Source: Monocercomonoides exilis PA203
Lineage: Eukaryota; Protista; Preaxostyla
Direction of reading: 5' to 3'
Assembly (NCBI GenBank): GCA_001643675.2
Contig: LSRY02000045.1
Coordinates: forward strand, 310,001-374,000
DNA: 64,000 nt
The translations under genes and the position numbers were made by a program. Numbering within the stretch: position 1 is the stretch's first letter; every line of letters begins with the position of its first letter. Of this stretch, positions 14,301 through 25,739 are shown piece after piece. The notes below the pieces were generated by a model, which worked only from the letters and a program-made list of their open reading frames with translations, was not told where the DNA came from and ran no database searches.

Positions 14301-15657
14301 TATATCTTCATGGGCAATGATTATAATTGTCGTATTTGTTTTGTTGTTTATAATTGTTTTGATTATTTCAATTATTCTAGCTGTTCGTTGGAAAAAAGCT
14401 AAGAATGAAACAAAAAAATATAAAGAGATTGTTGAAGATACTGTTAAGAAGGATCCGAAGGCATTTGAAATGGTAACTATGGAGATGTCACCTGAGGAAC
14501 AATGGCGAAAAGCAGAAAGTGATGCAGAAAAAGTTAATAAAGCGAAGACAAAGTTAGGTTTGTATTCAAAGAAAATGGCACATTCCGAATCATCTGAATA
14601 TTTGCTTGCAGAGAGTGGATCAACAGAATACATATTGGGTCATGATTCAGACAAAATCCCTGAATGGGTACTTGAAAAGGAAGATGAAAAGGAAGAAGAT
14701 GATATTGAATTACAAAAACGATCTTCCTCTCCATCTTCTCAAAGCACTGACTCTTCGGACACAGAAACTACCTTTGTTCGAATGGAAGATTTGTGTCCAA
14801 CTACTTCTTCTATGTCAAATCTGGTAGATGTCATGGCATGTTCTTCGCCACATGAAAAACTGATTGTCGATTTAAGGGATTCTTTATTCATGCTGCTTCA
14901 TGGAAAGAATGAGAAAAAGGAGATGGCAATAGGCACACTTCAGGAGAGAGAGGTGACAGGTGCTCAGATTCTGTTCTGGGTGGCAAATGGTGCACTTCAC
15001 TGCTTTGATGAAATGGAAGTTCCTCTTCAATCTCTCGACAATTTAAGCCCTCATATCGTTCTCTTTTCAGAACATATGGTTATCACAATTGCTCTTCATT
15101 CTGATTGCACAGATGATGATTCTGATTCATCTTCCATTTCATCTTCTTCGACATTAGTAACTTCATCATCCGACTTAACGTGTGTCAGTGAAAAAAATGG
15201 AAAATCTCCGCCAATGTCTTCTGCGTTTGAAGATGATGACGACAACTTGAGGGAATGCATAAGATGGAAAGCTCCAGAATTGATTATCGATAAAAAGATG
15301 GCTGCAACGAAAAAATCTGTTGTATTCTCGATTGGAATGATGCTTTGTGAAAGTTTGACTCTTGAGATTCCTTTTGGAGAATATGAAGCAGCTACAGCAG
15401 GGCAAAAGATTTTGAATGGAGAAAGACCAGACTTGGAAAAAATTAGTCTTACTTCTTTTTCTGAAATAACAAAAGCAATGTTATCTGCAGAACATACCGA
15501 AAGACCAACTCTTTCAAATTTAAAACGAGAGTTTATCCAGAAGTTTCCTCCAGGAACAGCAATTCTGACAATGTCTGATGCAATAGGAATCGAATATTCA
15601 AATTATCCGGTAAATGGATCTGAGGCATGCAGCTGGAATACTAACAGTTACCTTTAA
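2345..15657 (+). CDS. Giant single-pass receptor-like protein (~4,437 aa after one homopolymer correction): beta-helix/Pmp-like repeat ectodomain, TM helix, degenerate tyrosine-kinase-like C-lobe
   Basis: ORFs 2345..11812 and 11809..15657 join if the A4 run near 11801 is A5, as it is in the right copy (YQIKKSVKMGEE). Nine CG-x4-5-(P)C units, many GGG(I/M/V)(Y/F) and F-x-x-N-x-A motifs; TM WAMIIIVVFVLLFIIVLIISIILAV followed by RWKK (14311-14397); IRWKAPE, KSVVFSIGMML.E..T.EIPF, GERP, ERP motifs. The true start may lie upstream. Confidence 0.9.
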
Positions 15658-16054
15658 AAAATATAAAAGAAATATACAAAGTGTTTGAAAAGTATTTATT
15701 TCAAAATTTTATTTTTTTCTTTTTTTGGTAAAATATTTTGTTTTGATAGCGCGATTTGACAATCGCACTCACTTCATAATGCGAGTTATATTTTCTTTTC
15801 TATTCATTATTGCTTAAATAAGTGTTTGGCTTATTTACATAATTAATAGACCTATATCAAAAATATAATAAATTACTTATTTTTCACAACAATTTTTAAT
15901 ACAAATCAAAAAGATTTATTATTTTCCAATGTAATGTTTCGATTTCAATTAAAATAGTTCGTCTATTATTTTATTTGAATTCATTTATTTCATCTTCACC
16001 AAATGTTGTTCTCGGTCTACAAACTTCCAATCGAACTGAAAAAAACTTTCAATA

Positions 16055-17064
16055 GGGTGCAAATTTTATCTTGACCTCAAAATTTTATCTCAACCCTTTT
16101 TTTTGAAACTTATTTTTGCTTTTTTGATTTGAAAAAAGGCTAAAAATAAAAACAAAATAAATTGACTTCTTGATATTTTTGTTTTTCAGAATTCTGTTGA
16201 AAAAAATTTTGAAATTATTATATTCAAAAAATAATTTAAATTTTTTATAATTTTAGGACCCAGATCAAAGACTTGCTGGCTGTGAAGCGTTTATTTCAAA
16301 CCGAACGTTTAAAGCCACAACATCAGCATTCCACATTCCTATATTATAATTTTTACTTGTTTTCAACATTTTCAATTATATTTTTGACCTTTTTTTCTCA
16401 TTTCACTGTTTTTGCTTAAAACACGATTTTTTATATAAACAAGTGTTCGCTTCAAATTTTATTTTAATGAAAAAAATACACAAAGGCTTAATTATCGTTT
16501 ATTTGTATTAAGCATTGAAATGAAAAAGAACTTTTCAAGAATTTTAACTGAAAAGCAAGTATATATGATTTTTTTGAAATTCAAATAACCAAACATATAC
16601 AAACAAATAATAATTTTTACATATACGAATCGTTTTTTTTTAATAATGCTTATTTATCATTTCAATATATTTCAAAACAAATTCATATGTGTCCTTCAAA
16701 TCGTGTTTTTTGAAAATATGTGTGAAATAAGAAAAAGTGTTAAAAAAACAAGTTGAGAAAGTTTTAAACAAGTTCAACTTATAAAAAAATAAACGATGTA
16801 TTATGATATGAAAGCTGAAGACTTCCGATAAAAAATATTCGCTGGAATAGCAGCAAGTCAATGATCAAAACATAAAATTATTATAATCCTCGATCTTTTT
16901 GTAAAAAATGAAATATTGAAAAAAAAATACAGAATAAGGAAACAAAAACATTTCAAACATTTCTGGTTATTTTTTATTTATCGCAGGCTTGTGTAAAACT
17001 AAAAGCATGACAAAAATGAAAAAGGTCTAGATAAAGAAAAAAGGTTAAGATAAAATCATAGCCC
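16055..17064. mobile_element. MITE F: ~1.0-kb non-autonomous TIR element, GGG...CCC ends flanked by TA
   Basis: TA|GGGTGCAAATTTTATCTTGACC at the left versus GGTTAAGATAAAATCATAGCCC|TA at the right; each end has two TTTATCT-xx-ACC sub-repeats; AT-rich non-coding interior. Confidence 0.65.
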
Positions 17065-17244
17065 TATTATAAAAAATTAATTATCCAAAGACGAAATATT
17101 GAAAATTTTCAATATTTTCAACAAAAAGTCTAAAACAAAATTATTAAATTTTTGTTATGGCGAGTGAAAAAACAACACAAGTTGATAAAATTCGCATATA
17201 TGACATTTTCTTTCGAATTAATCAACTAATTTCATATATGTGTT

Positions 17245-18148
17245 AGCTTATTGAATTTTAACTCCGCTTTTTAACTTATTATTGTCTTATATGCACCAAA
17301 AATAATTCTATTTCGAAAAAAAATAAATCGATTTCGAAAAAAAAATAATTCAATTTCGTAATTAATATTTCAATTTCGGAAAAAAATAATTTGATTTCGA
17401 AAAGGAATAGTTCTATTTCGAAAATTAATAATTCATTTTCGAAATTCATTTTTAACTGAAAATTATAATTTTTTTGGATGGATTTGGGAAAATGTCAAGT
17501 TAATTTAAAACCATTCATATATATAAACTCAAAAAAAACCTGTTTTTTTATTTCGAAACAATCAATAAATCAATTTATTGAAAAAAGTTTTTTATTCAAA
17601 AATCATCACTCTGATGATAAGTTAATAGCAAATAATTCATTATTTTGAATAATCTGAAGGAAATAGTGATTTTTCAATCACATTTATTGAATTTCAAAAT
17701 ACAAGAATTTTTTTCCAATGATTTATTTTTTGTTTCTTTGGTGAAATTTTAGAAAAAACTTCGATTTTTTAAAAATTAAAATGAATTCGTTTTCTTTTCA
17801 AATAAACTTCAAATTATAATATTTTCAATCAAAATGGAAGAATTTATTTTTAACGAAATGCATTATTTTTTAAATATTTAAGAACAAAGTGTGCTCACGA
17901 GATAAAAATCAAGAGTATTTTGACTTCAAAACGTAAGTTAATAATTCCACAAATCAAAAAAAATTGTCGTTTCGAAATAGAATTATTCCTTTTCGAAATC
18001 GAATTATTTTTTTTCGAATTTGAATTATTAATTCCGAAATTGAATTATTTTTTTTTCGAAATCGATTTATTTTTTTTCGAAATAGAATTATTTTTGGTGC
18101 ATATAAGACAATAATAAGTTAAAAAGCGGAGTTTAAATTCAATAAGCT
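17245..18148. mobile_element. MITE D / foldback-like element with ~180-bp TIRs containing ~21-bp sub-repeats
   Basis: AGCTTATTGAATTTTAACTCCGCTTTTTAACTTATTATTGTCTTATATGCACC... from 17245 is mirrored up to 18148; TTCATATATG occurs on both flanks (17231-17240, 18149-18158). ORF 17920..18114 (FEIELFF repeats) is just a translation of the sub-repeats. Confidence 0.85.
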
Positions 18149-19511
18149 TTCATATATGCACCAAAAATTATTCAAAATGAGAATTTTAGCAATCGAATTA
18201 CCATCGTTAAAAAACCCAAAAATATTTCAAAAACCCTGAGAAGCCTTTTTTTAAATATGCATTCAAACTTATTCAAAACAATGATTCCTTTGTTATTTCC
18301 GCAATACAAACCAATATGAAAGCAGATATGATTCGTATATCAATTGAAACCTTATCTGTTGTTTCAATATTTATCGAGTTATATGTTTTAATCATAGAAG
18401 GAATTATAACTGCTTTTTGGCTTCGCACAATCGAAAATTAGAATTTGTTGTTTGCTTCTTTTATTTCCATGCAACTTGTGTTTGTTCGCAAATAAAATTG
18501 CTTATTGACAAAACTCTATACTTTAAACATTAATACGAATTAATAAACTTTAATTATTTCTATTTTGTTAGACTTTTCTGAAATGAGAAAACAATTATTT
18601 TATGAATAACGAATTAAAAAAAGATATTCTTCATGATAAAAGCACTTTTCAAGGATTTGAGGAGTTGTAATTGTTTGTCGTTCAAACCAATGAACAATTG
18701 CTGGAGAATGTTCGCTATATCTTCGATATTTTGCTTTGATTGTACGAGTCGTCATCATAATCTATCCTCAATCATTTTCTTTTCCATTTCATTTTGTCGC
18801 TATTACTCCGGCAACTGTTTTCTTTTCTCTTCTCCATTTTCTTTTCTTTCTTTTCTTTTCTTTTCAAATCCAATAAATCTTCTCTCGATTGTTTCTTTTT
18901 TTCTTTTCGCAGAATGGAAGCGCAGTTGATTTCTTTCATCTTTTGAATAGATTCATTTTCACAATATTTTTTTTTTTCGTTTTCAATTTTCTTTTTTTTG
19001 GAGAAAATTTTCCAAACAGCTGCTCTTTATTCTCATCGTTATTCAATGATGCTTCCTTTTCAGGTGTTCCACTTATTCTTTCAAGAACCGGAGCAGCTTT
19101 GACCTGCCAAACACACGTCTGCATGAATGCACGCTTAATATTTGAAGGTGCGACCGCAGCAGAAAGAGCTTCTGGAAGAATATCGAAGATGGCGGAGCGA
19201 AACGCGGCAGAAGAATGATCAATTGGTGATTTGAAGCTATTATTAAATGTTTTCTTGAACCGTGCAAAAATTGAATTATCGCACGGTTGTAGAAGATGGG
19301 TTAAATTCGGAGGAAACTTTTTGATGATGATGTTTTTCTTTTTTGCAGCCATTTCAACAGCTTCACTGTTGTGAGGAGAATGGTTATCCATCAGGAACAA
19401 TTCAAATTTCATTCCTCCATCTTTCATTTTTTTTCAATATTATCAAGCCAAAAATCGAGCATTATTTTTTCGAAGATTTTTGAAGTGATCCATCCTGAAG
19501 ATGCGAAGATA

Positions 19512-19752
19512 TGTATAAATTTTTTCGAAAAATTCCTTTTGTTTAATTTTCAAATAAAGAAAATGTTTCATATTTCGATCAAATATTTGTTTTAGCTCAC
19601 CAAATTTCGCTGCCATGAAAATAAAATCTTTACAACGTTTTTATTTCCATTCTTGAAAATTTTCGTGAGTGGGAACAGAAATTTGATCAAAATATGAAAT
19701 TTTTCTTTATTTGAAAATTAAACAAAAGGAACTTTTCGAATAAATTTATACA
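19512..19752. mobile_element. MITE E, 241 bp, ~73-bp TIRs, TA target duplication
   Basis: TA|TGTATAAATTTTTTCGAAAAATTCCTTTTG...CAAAAGGAACTTTTCGAATAAATTTATACA|TA; removing it plus one TA restores AAC TAT ATC TTC (NYIF) in frame in transposase B. Confidence 0.92.
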
Positions 19753-20112
19753 TATAGTTGATGTTGAACGATGAAAGCATACGAAATTCCACTGGAATTT
19801 TTTTCGCAGGCCAAAGAAGAAAAGACGATAAACATGAGCCATCTGCGCAGGTACATAAGCACAATGTCGTGTTAGAAGTCTTTTTCGGAGAAGGAGTTGA
19901 AGGAGGTTTCTGGTTTTGCAGGCACACAACCAGTTTGCAAGTATCATCGCCCAGATGAAGTGAAGTTTCATCAAAATTAAAGATGCCTGATGCGACTATT
20001 TCTTTCTCATTCACAATCTGCGAAAGTACATCAAACCACTTTCTAACGGAATCAGAAAATTGGGAAGATATTTTTGCAGTGTCCAATTGCTTTGAAACAG
20101 CTGACTTCAATA

Positions 20113-22614
20113 CAATGAGTAAAAAACCCGGTACAAAGAAAAAAAACCGGGACTTTAAAAAAAAAGAAAATTTTTCTTTCATTAAAACATTAGCTTGTTC
20201 AAACTGATTATTGACTGATGAAACATTTGAAGTTGAAAAGTTCAAACTTTTCTAATTATAACGATGTATTTCTTCTCTTCAAGTATTGTTCACTTGATAG
20301 AATGATTGATTAATATTCTATATTTGTTGTTGAAAATTCAAGATAAAATTTAGCAAATATATAGAAAAAAATTATCATTCCATCACTTGAACTGCCTTTA
20401 GTTAGTTTGATTGAATAGCCTTTCAAACAATATTTTTCCATTTTGATCATTTTGATCGTTCACTTTTTTGTGATGGAAAAGAAATCCATTTCTTCAGAAG
20501 AACTTCTTAGGATTGCTGCTACAAGAGAATACCGCACAATCCATTCCAGATCGAGGAAAATTTTTGAAATCAAGAAAACATATCCATTGACAGTGAACGT
20601 GGCGGTCAAAGCGAAAGTAATTACAAGGCAGGCTTGGTACAGAGGCAAAACAGCAGAAAAGAAAAACAGAGATGTTGGAAAAGAAGGAAGAACATCGCTT
20701 ATTAATTCTGAGAAACTGGAAAAAATCGAAAATCAGGTCTTGTCTTTATTATCAGAAGGAGTTGTTGTTCGAATGAAGCACATACAGGAAATGGTTTTCA
20801 ATTTTTTTATATGATTGATTTTGATCTTTATTTAAATAGGCAATAAAAATGTTGGACTCAGAATCAACAAATGAAGAAGAAAACGAGAAACTCCATCCGA
20901 AATTATCTTATTATTTGGTTCAAAGAAGCTCTATTTTAAAGGCGGCCTTGGCGAGACCACTTGAAATTGCAAAAATTCGGTCACAGAGCCCTGAAAATGT
21001 GACTAATTGGTTTATAGAAGTGAAAGAAATCGTAGAAGGAAACAATATCGAAGTTTCCAATATTTTTAATTTTGACGAATCTTCAGTGAGAATCGGAGAA
21101 AGTTCGTCAAAATTAGTGATCTGTTTGAAAGATCAGATCCCCCCTTCTTCTCCAGATCCTCGAAAAATTGCCAACGCAACTCTTTGCGTTTGCATGTGTT
21201 CTGATGGTTCCTGCCTTCCTCATTTTTTTCTTTATCCAAAGAAAAAAATTCCTGAAGAGTTTTCTAATTTGAAATTTTTTAATATAAATTATATTCCTTC
21301 GCCTTCAGGATGGATTACCACTGAAATTTTCAAAATCATCATTCTTCAAAATTGGATTCCTCTCATTCATCAAAAAATACAATCAACATCTTCGAAAAAG
21401 GCTCGACTTCTTCTTGACAACCATTCTTCCCATACATGTTCAGAAGTCATTATGGAAACTGAAAATAACGGAATTTTCATAAAAACATTTCCCCCTAACA
21501 TGACCCATCTCCTCCAGCCCTGTGACAATGTGATATTTGCCAGATTGAAAAGAACATTATACAATGATTTCAAAGTTCCAATCGATGATTTATCTTCTTT
21601 ATATAGAAAGGCACTTGCTGAGGTCTTACCAGAGGCCATCGCTGCAGCGACCACTCCATCGGTAATCAAAACTGCATTTCTCAACACAGGAATCTGGCCA
21701 CTGGCAGCTTCGCAAGTTCTCACCAAAATAAGTGGATCTCCTTCAAAATCTTCTTCAGCAATTTCTTCAGATGAAGTTAACAATGAATTGTTTGGTTCTT
21801 TTCCCCCAAAGCGCAAAGTTAAATCAACAAAAAAGGTTTTAAATGAAATGAAAATTGAAGAAAAGCACCATAGGGATGAATTCACGCAAACTGATGATTA
21901 TAATTTCTCAGACGAAGATCGTGATCATCCTTCAAGAAACAAATCAGTATCAAAAAGAATCCCTCGAATAAGAAAGAAAAAAATCGACGATGACTGCATT
22001 TATGAAGACGATGAAGCTATATCAAAAGAAAGGTGGATTGATGAGCAAAATGAAAGAATAAAAGAAACTTGTCCGTCAAGAAGCAAAAAATTCAAAATAC
22101 AACACGATGATAACGAAACAATGGAAACAATAACATGTTTGGGAAATACTTATTTATTCATATATTTTCTACTTCTTTTTTGAATGATATTCACATATAT
22201 GACTTTATATTAATTGTAAAATTTGGATTGAATGCTAATTGAAAATTGTTTTATTTATCCTTCATAATTCACACAAATATATAAGAATAAACAATGGTTG
22301 GAAAAGACTGAGCGTTGGACAGTAAATAGCTTTGGCCAAGTTCATAACAATTTTCATGTATCAAAGATATGGCTTCTACAACTATAGAAATTTGAGGAAC
22401 ATCATTTCACACGATTATTTATGATTCGTTGAAAAAACATGATAATTTTCTTTGTATGCCAAGTTAAATTCTTCTTTTTTCTTAACGATCATTAATTATC
22501 ACTTTCAGCATTAAAAAAACATATCACTTGAATAAAAATTGAAAGAAATTGAAGATACAGTTGCTGAATAAAAAATCCGGGTTTTTTTCTTTGTAACGGG
22601 TTTTTTACTCATTG
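20113..22614 (+). mobile_element. pogo/Fot1-like element A, 2,502 bp, ~39-bp TIRs, TA target duplication, possibly autonomous
   Basis: TA|CAATGAGTAAAAAACCCGGTACAAAGAAAAAAAACCGGG ... CCGGGTTTTTTTCTTTGTAACGGGTTTTTTACTCATTG|TA. Confidence 0.95.
20473..22183 (+). CDS. DD35D transposase of element A, two exons (intron 20794-20839), ~554 aa
   Basis: MEKKSISSEELL...IQEM|GT..AG|AIKMLDSE splices in frame; IFNFDESS, SGWIT, LLLDNHSSH, FPPNMTHLLQPCD with 35 residues between the 2nd and 3rd Asp. A further intron near 22137 (GTTTGG) may change the C-terminus. Confidence 0.9.
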
Positions 22615-24532
22615 TATTGAACTTTTCTGAATAACATAGAATGCGGCTATTAAACTTGGTATTTTTTTCACTTCTTCGTCTTTTGAGGATTGTTCCATAT
22701 GTTCCACAATCTAAATATATTTAAAAATATTAATCACAGTAATTAAAAAGAACAAAAACCATTTTGTGCACGTCTTTAACTATTATTGTTTCACCTTTTG
22801 AGAGATGAACAATAACTTGGTTATCGATTTATTCTATAAAATCTTGTGTAATTGTTGGTGATCTTCCGTTCACTCCAGCCTGCCTTTTCTGCTTCTCTGC
22901 CGCTATTCCTCTGTACTATGAGCCATTTGATATCGTGCCAGAATCAACATCCACTTTTCTTGTAATAATATAATCCTTCTGCAGTTCAAATATTTTTTGG
23001 GATGTTGTTTTTAACCTTCTTATTTCGGAGGTTGCCAACTTTTTCCTAAGCTCTGGTAACGACAATTCTTTTGTAATAGCCATTAATATGGGTTTGATTT
23101 TTGATCAATTTTTCATGAAAGGGAGTATTAATTATGATTTTTAGTAAAGGCTTCTTTAAAAGGAAACATCAAAGTGTCTGAAAATTGTGAAAATGAAAAA
23201 TATGATAATTGTGGAATGCTTATTTCAATTACTTTTTGAGAAATAAATATATTTCAAAATTGATTTTTTTTAACGATGTATATTCAATAACAATGAAATG
23301 TGATTTATTTTTTTGATTATGCATTAATGATAATATGCAACGAGAAATAATACAATTTTTGAAAATGCTTTTTGACATGATTATCGTGAATAATGTTTTC
23401 ATGAAGTCCGGGTTTTTGAAAAATTCCCGTGTTTTTTAGCGTTGGTAATAATTTTTGCGTTCGAAATGAAAATATCTTTTGTTTTCATATGAATAATAAT
23501 TATATGAAATTATTAAAATTTTTGTCAGAAAATTAAAAATTTCAAAAATTTTTCTTTCGTGCAAGAAAATAATGACAACACAAAATTATTTCCGATTCAA
23601 AAGTGGAAGACTGATTTTCACAAAATTTCTTGAGAGTGCGAATAAATTTTTGTTAGGTTTTTAACAATTATTAATTCGAATTCAAAAATTATTATTTTGT
23701 TTGAAAAACTTATTAATTTGTTTGCAAAATTTCCATTTTGAATGCAAATTTTATTTTTTTGAATGCAAAAATTCTCATTTTGAATAATTTTTGGCGTATG
23801 AAATTTGTTGATTAATTCGAAAGAAAATGTCATTCATGCGAGTTTTTTCAATTTGTGTTGTTTTTTCACTCACTATTATATTGTCGAATATTTTGTGTTA
23901 TTGGATAATTTCGAACATTCTTCATCACATTTCTTGTTTCTTTTACAGCACTTGGTTATTTTTATGAAATCATTATTTTTTTCTGAGTGCTGATTTCTTT
24001 TAGGCTATATGATTAAAAAAAGTTGTTTTCATTCATAGGCAAAATACAAAAATATTTAATAAAAGCCAACTTTTGATTTGAATTATTATTTTGATTATCT
24101 GTTAATAACAACATAACTTTTGTGCGAATATTAATAAATATTCAAATCCAATTATCGATCAGAAATTTTTGTGAGAAAAAAATATGATTTCAAAATTTTT
24201 TCCCCAATTCAATTGAGAATATCAAGTTTATAATATTTTTGTCATATTTTAATTATTTTCATTTAACAATGGAGAAGAAAGAATATTTTTCTAAAATTGT
24301 TGAAGATCAAGATGAAATATAGAAGTTAATTCTATGAAGTGGAAAAGCTGTAGAGTTTTTTTCTCATTTGATTACAATCTTTTTTATTTACACTTTATTT
24401 GTTCGATCAGAAGCATTTTTTGTTTTTTTATTTAATTTTCTTGTTCAGAAACTCATTTATCAAAGTATCAGACTTTTGCGCCAGCCGACTTGTTTAAAAT
24501 TTTTGCAACAAGTCGACCGACACGAAATTCTT

Positions 24533-24537
<5 letters not shown>

Positions 24538-24599
<62 letters not shown>

Positions 24600-24620
24600 A
24601 TTGATTGATTGATTGATTGA
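24538..24620. repeat. T61 tract followed by (GATT)n microsatellite; mirror copy A43 at 44327-44369
   Basis: Read directly from the sequence; the tract length differs between arms. Confidence 0.95.
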
Positions 24621-25739
24621 TAAGATATATTATCTTTTCATTCATAATTAATAAATTATTTTTGAATAATCGCTTGTATTTTATTTTTAATGTTTTATTA
24701 AGAAAGGATCACAATTTTATTTCGTTGAAATATATATAATGATGTATTTAATGGGTGTAAAACAGATCAACTCGACAAAGATCAATTCTGATCTGTCTGG
24801 ATCATTCGGGTATCAAGATCTGTCGTGTTGTATCGATAATAAATGTCTGAAATGAGTGATGGTTTTATTTTTGAATTTCCAGACGAGTTGAAAAGCTGCT
24901 TATCTATTCCCCAAATAGTTTGTTTGATATTGATTCTTTTTTGACTTCTTTAAAATAAATAATATTAATGCATTCATGCAAATCAAAAAGCGTTTTCAGA
25001 AAAAATTAATAAATAAAAAGAGTAAAAATGTTCATTTGCCACTTTTTATGTGCAATATTAACAAATAACGGAAAATGTTTGTTTTTTTAATTTTATTCTG
25101 GATCTTAAATACAATGATAAAATATGCATAATTTTTAAAATTATCTTCACCTCAACAACACAAAAGAAGAAATTGATAAAACACATTTTGAAGTTAATAA
25201 CAATGCCTTCTGGATTGCGTGTACTCCAGTTTTTCCTGATGAGTCTCTTAAAAAAGATAGACATATTTTCCATCTGTATCCAAATAGTGAACATGGAAGT
25301 AACTGTTGATTTTCTGGAAGAAAAAACACTGATCGTGTGAGAAGTAATTCACACTTTTTAACAAAAGGATTTCCAATGTTATCTTTTCTAAGTCCTCAGT
25401 CTTCTGTTAAAATTTAATCAAAACCTCTAAAAAAAGTCCAAAAGATTTTCAATTCAGATTTTTGTGCACTTGGAGGAAAATACGGACTTTCAAGCTTTTT
25501 TTACACAATGCATTGAAAAATTGCTTCGCTCCTAACTTTATTTCGCTTTCTCAGATTTCAAAATAAATTTGATTTTCATATCCGTAAGCAGGCATTGTTG
25601 AAATCAAAACATTAATGTTTCCAACATTTCACGAATGTCTAAAAATAGACCCATTTTTATTGTGTTCTTTGATCCAAAAAATCAATGAAAAGTGAATCAT
25701 ATTTCTATGAAAATGCCTGAAGTGAATTATTTTGTCCCA

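Larger units (their letters stand above)
18700..23083 (-). pseudogene. Transposase of element B (DDE_1-type, DD35D), split by elements A and E, with in-frame stops
   Basis: ATG at 23083 (MAITKELSLPEL...), intron 22759-22711, IQKSS|ILKSAVSK across insertion A, IFNFDET, NINY|IFASSGWIT across insertion E, LMDNHSPH-(35 residues between D's)-LLQPCD; TAG where element A has TGG (AWYRG). 3' end approximate. Confidence 0.88.
18201..23445 (-). mobile_element. pogo/Fot1-like element B (older, interrupted), TA-flanked
   Basis: TA|CCATCGTTAAAAAACCCAAAAATATTTCAAAAACCC versus GGGTTTTTGAAAAATTCCCGTGTTTTTTAGCGTTGG|TA; encloses a minus-strand DD35D transposase. Confidence 0.85.
17157..23876. mobile_element. 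MITE C (roughly 0.55 kb when emptied), host of the nested elements
   Basis: 17157-17240 joined to 18159-18195 (GAGTGAAAAAACAACACAA...ATGACATTTTCTTTCGAATTAATCAAC...CCAAAAATTATTCAAAATGAGAATTTT) is the inverted copy of 23762-23876. Exact ends and TSD are unclear. Confidence 0.7.
4862..25739 (+). repeat. Left arm of giant inverted duplication (at least 20.9 kb)
   Basis: Reverse complement of 43186-64000. ORF track pairs are identical (e.g. 9853..10566- = 58298..59011+; 25058..25294- = 43631..43867+). Inner end: AATTATTTTGTCCCA ends at 25739 and pairs with TGGGACAAAATAATT starting at 43186; the next base mismatches. Confidence 0.98.

Noticed and set aside
2413-14633. Dozens of Pro/Ser/His-rich ORFs antisense to the giant gene (and their mirrors at 54132-63927)
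   Set aside because: Shadow frames of a purine-rich coding strand; no independent motifs.
17290-17430. CRISPR-like array
   Set aside because: The ~21-bp units are contiguous with no unique spacers, form part of a TIR, and there are no cas genes; the context is eukaryotic.
19512-19752. MITE E acting as a spliceable introner
   Set aside because: A GT lies near the 5' end but there is no AG at the 3' boundary that would restore the frame.
24486-24598. Rho-independent terminator
   Set aside because: Eukaryotic context and the stem is more than 20 nt from the T-run; kept only as a repeat observation.
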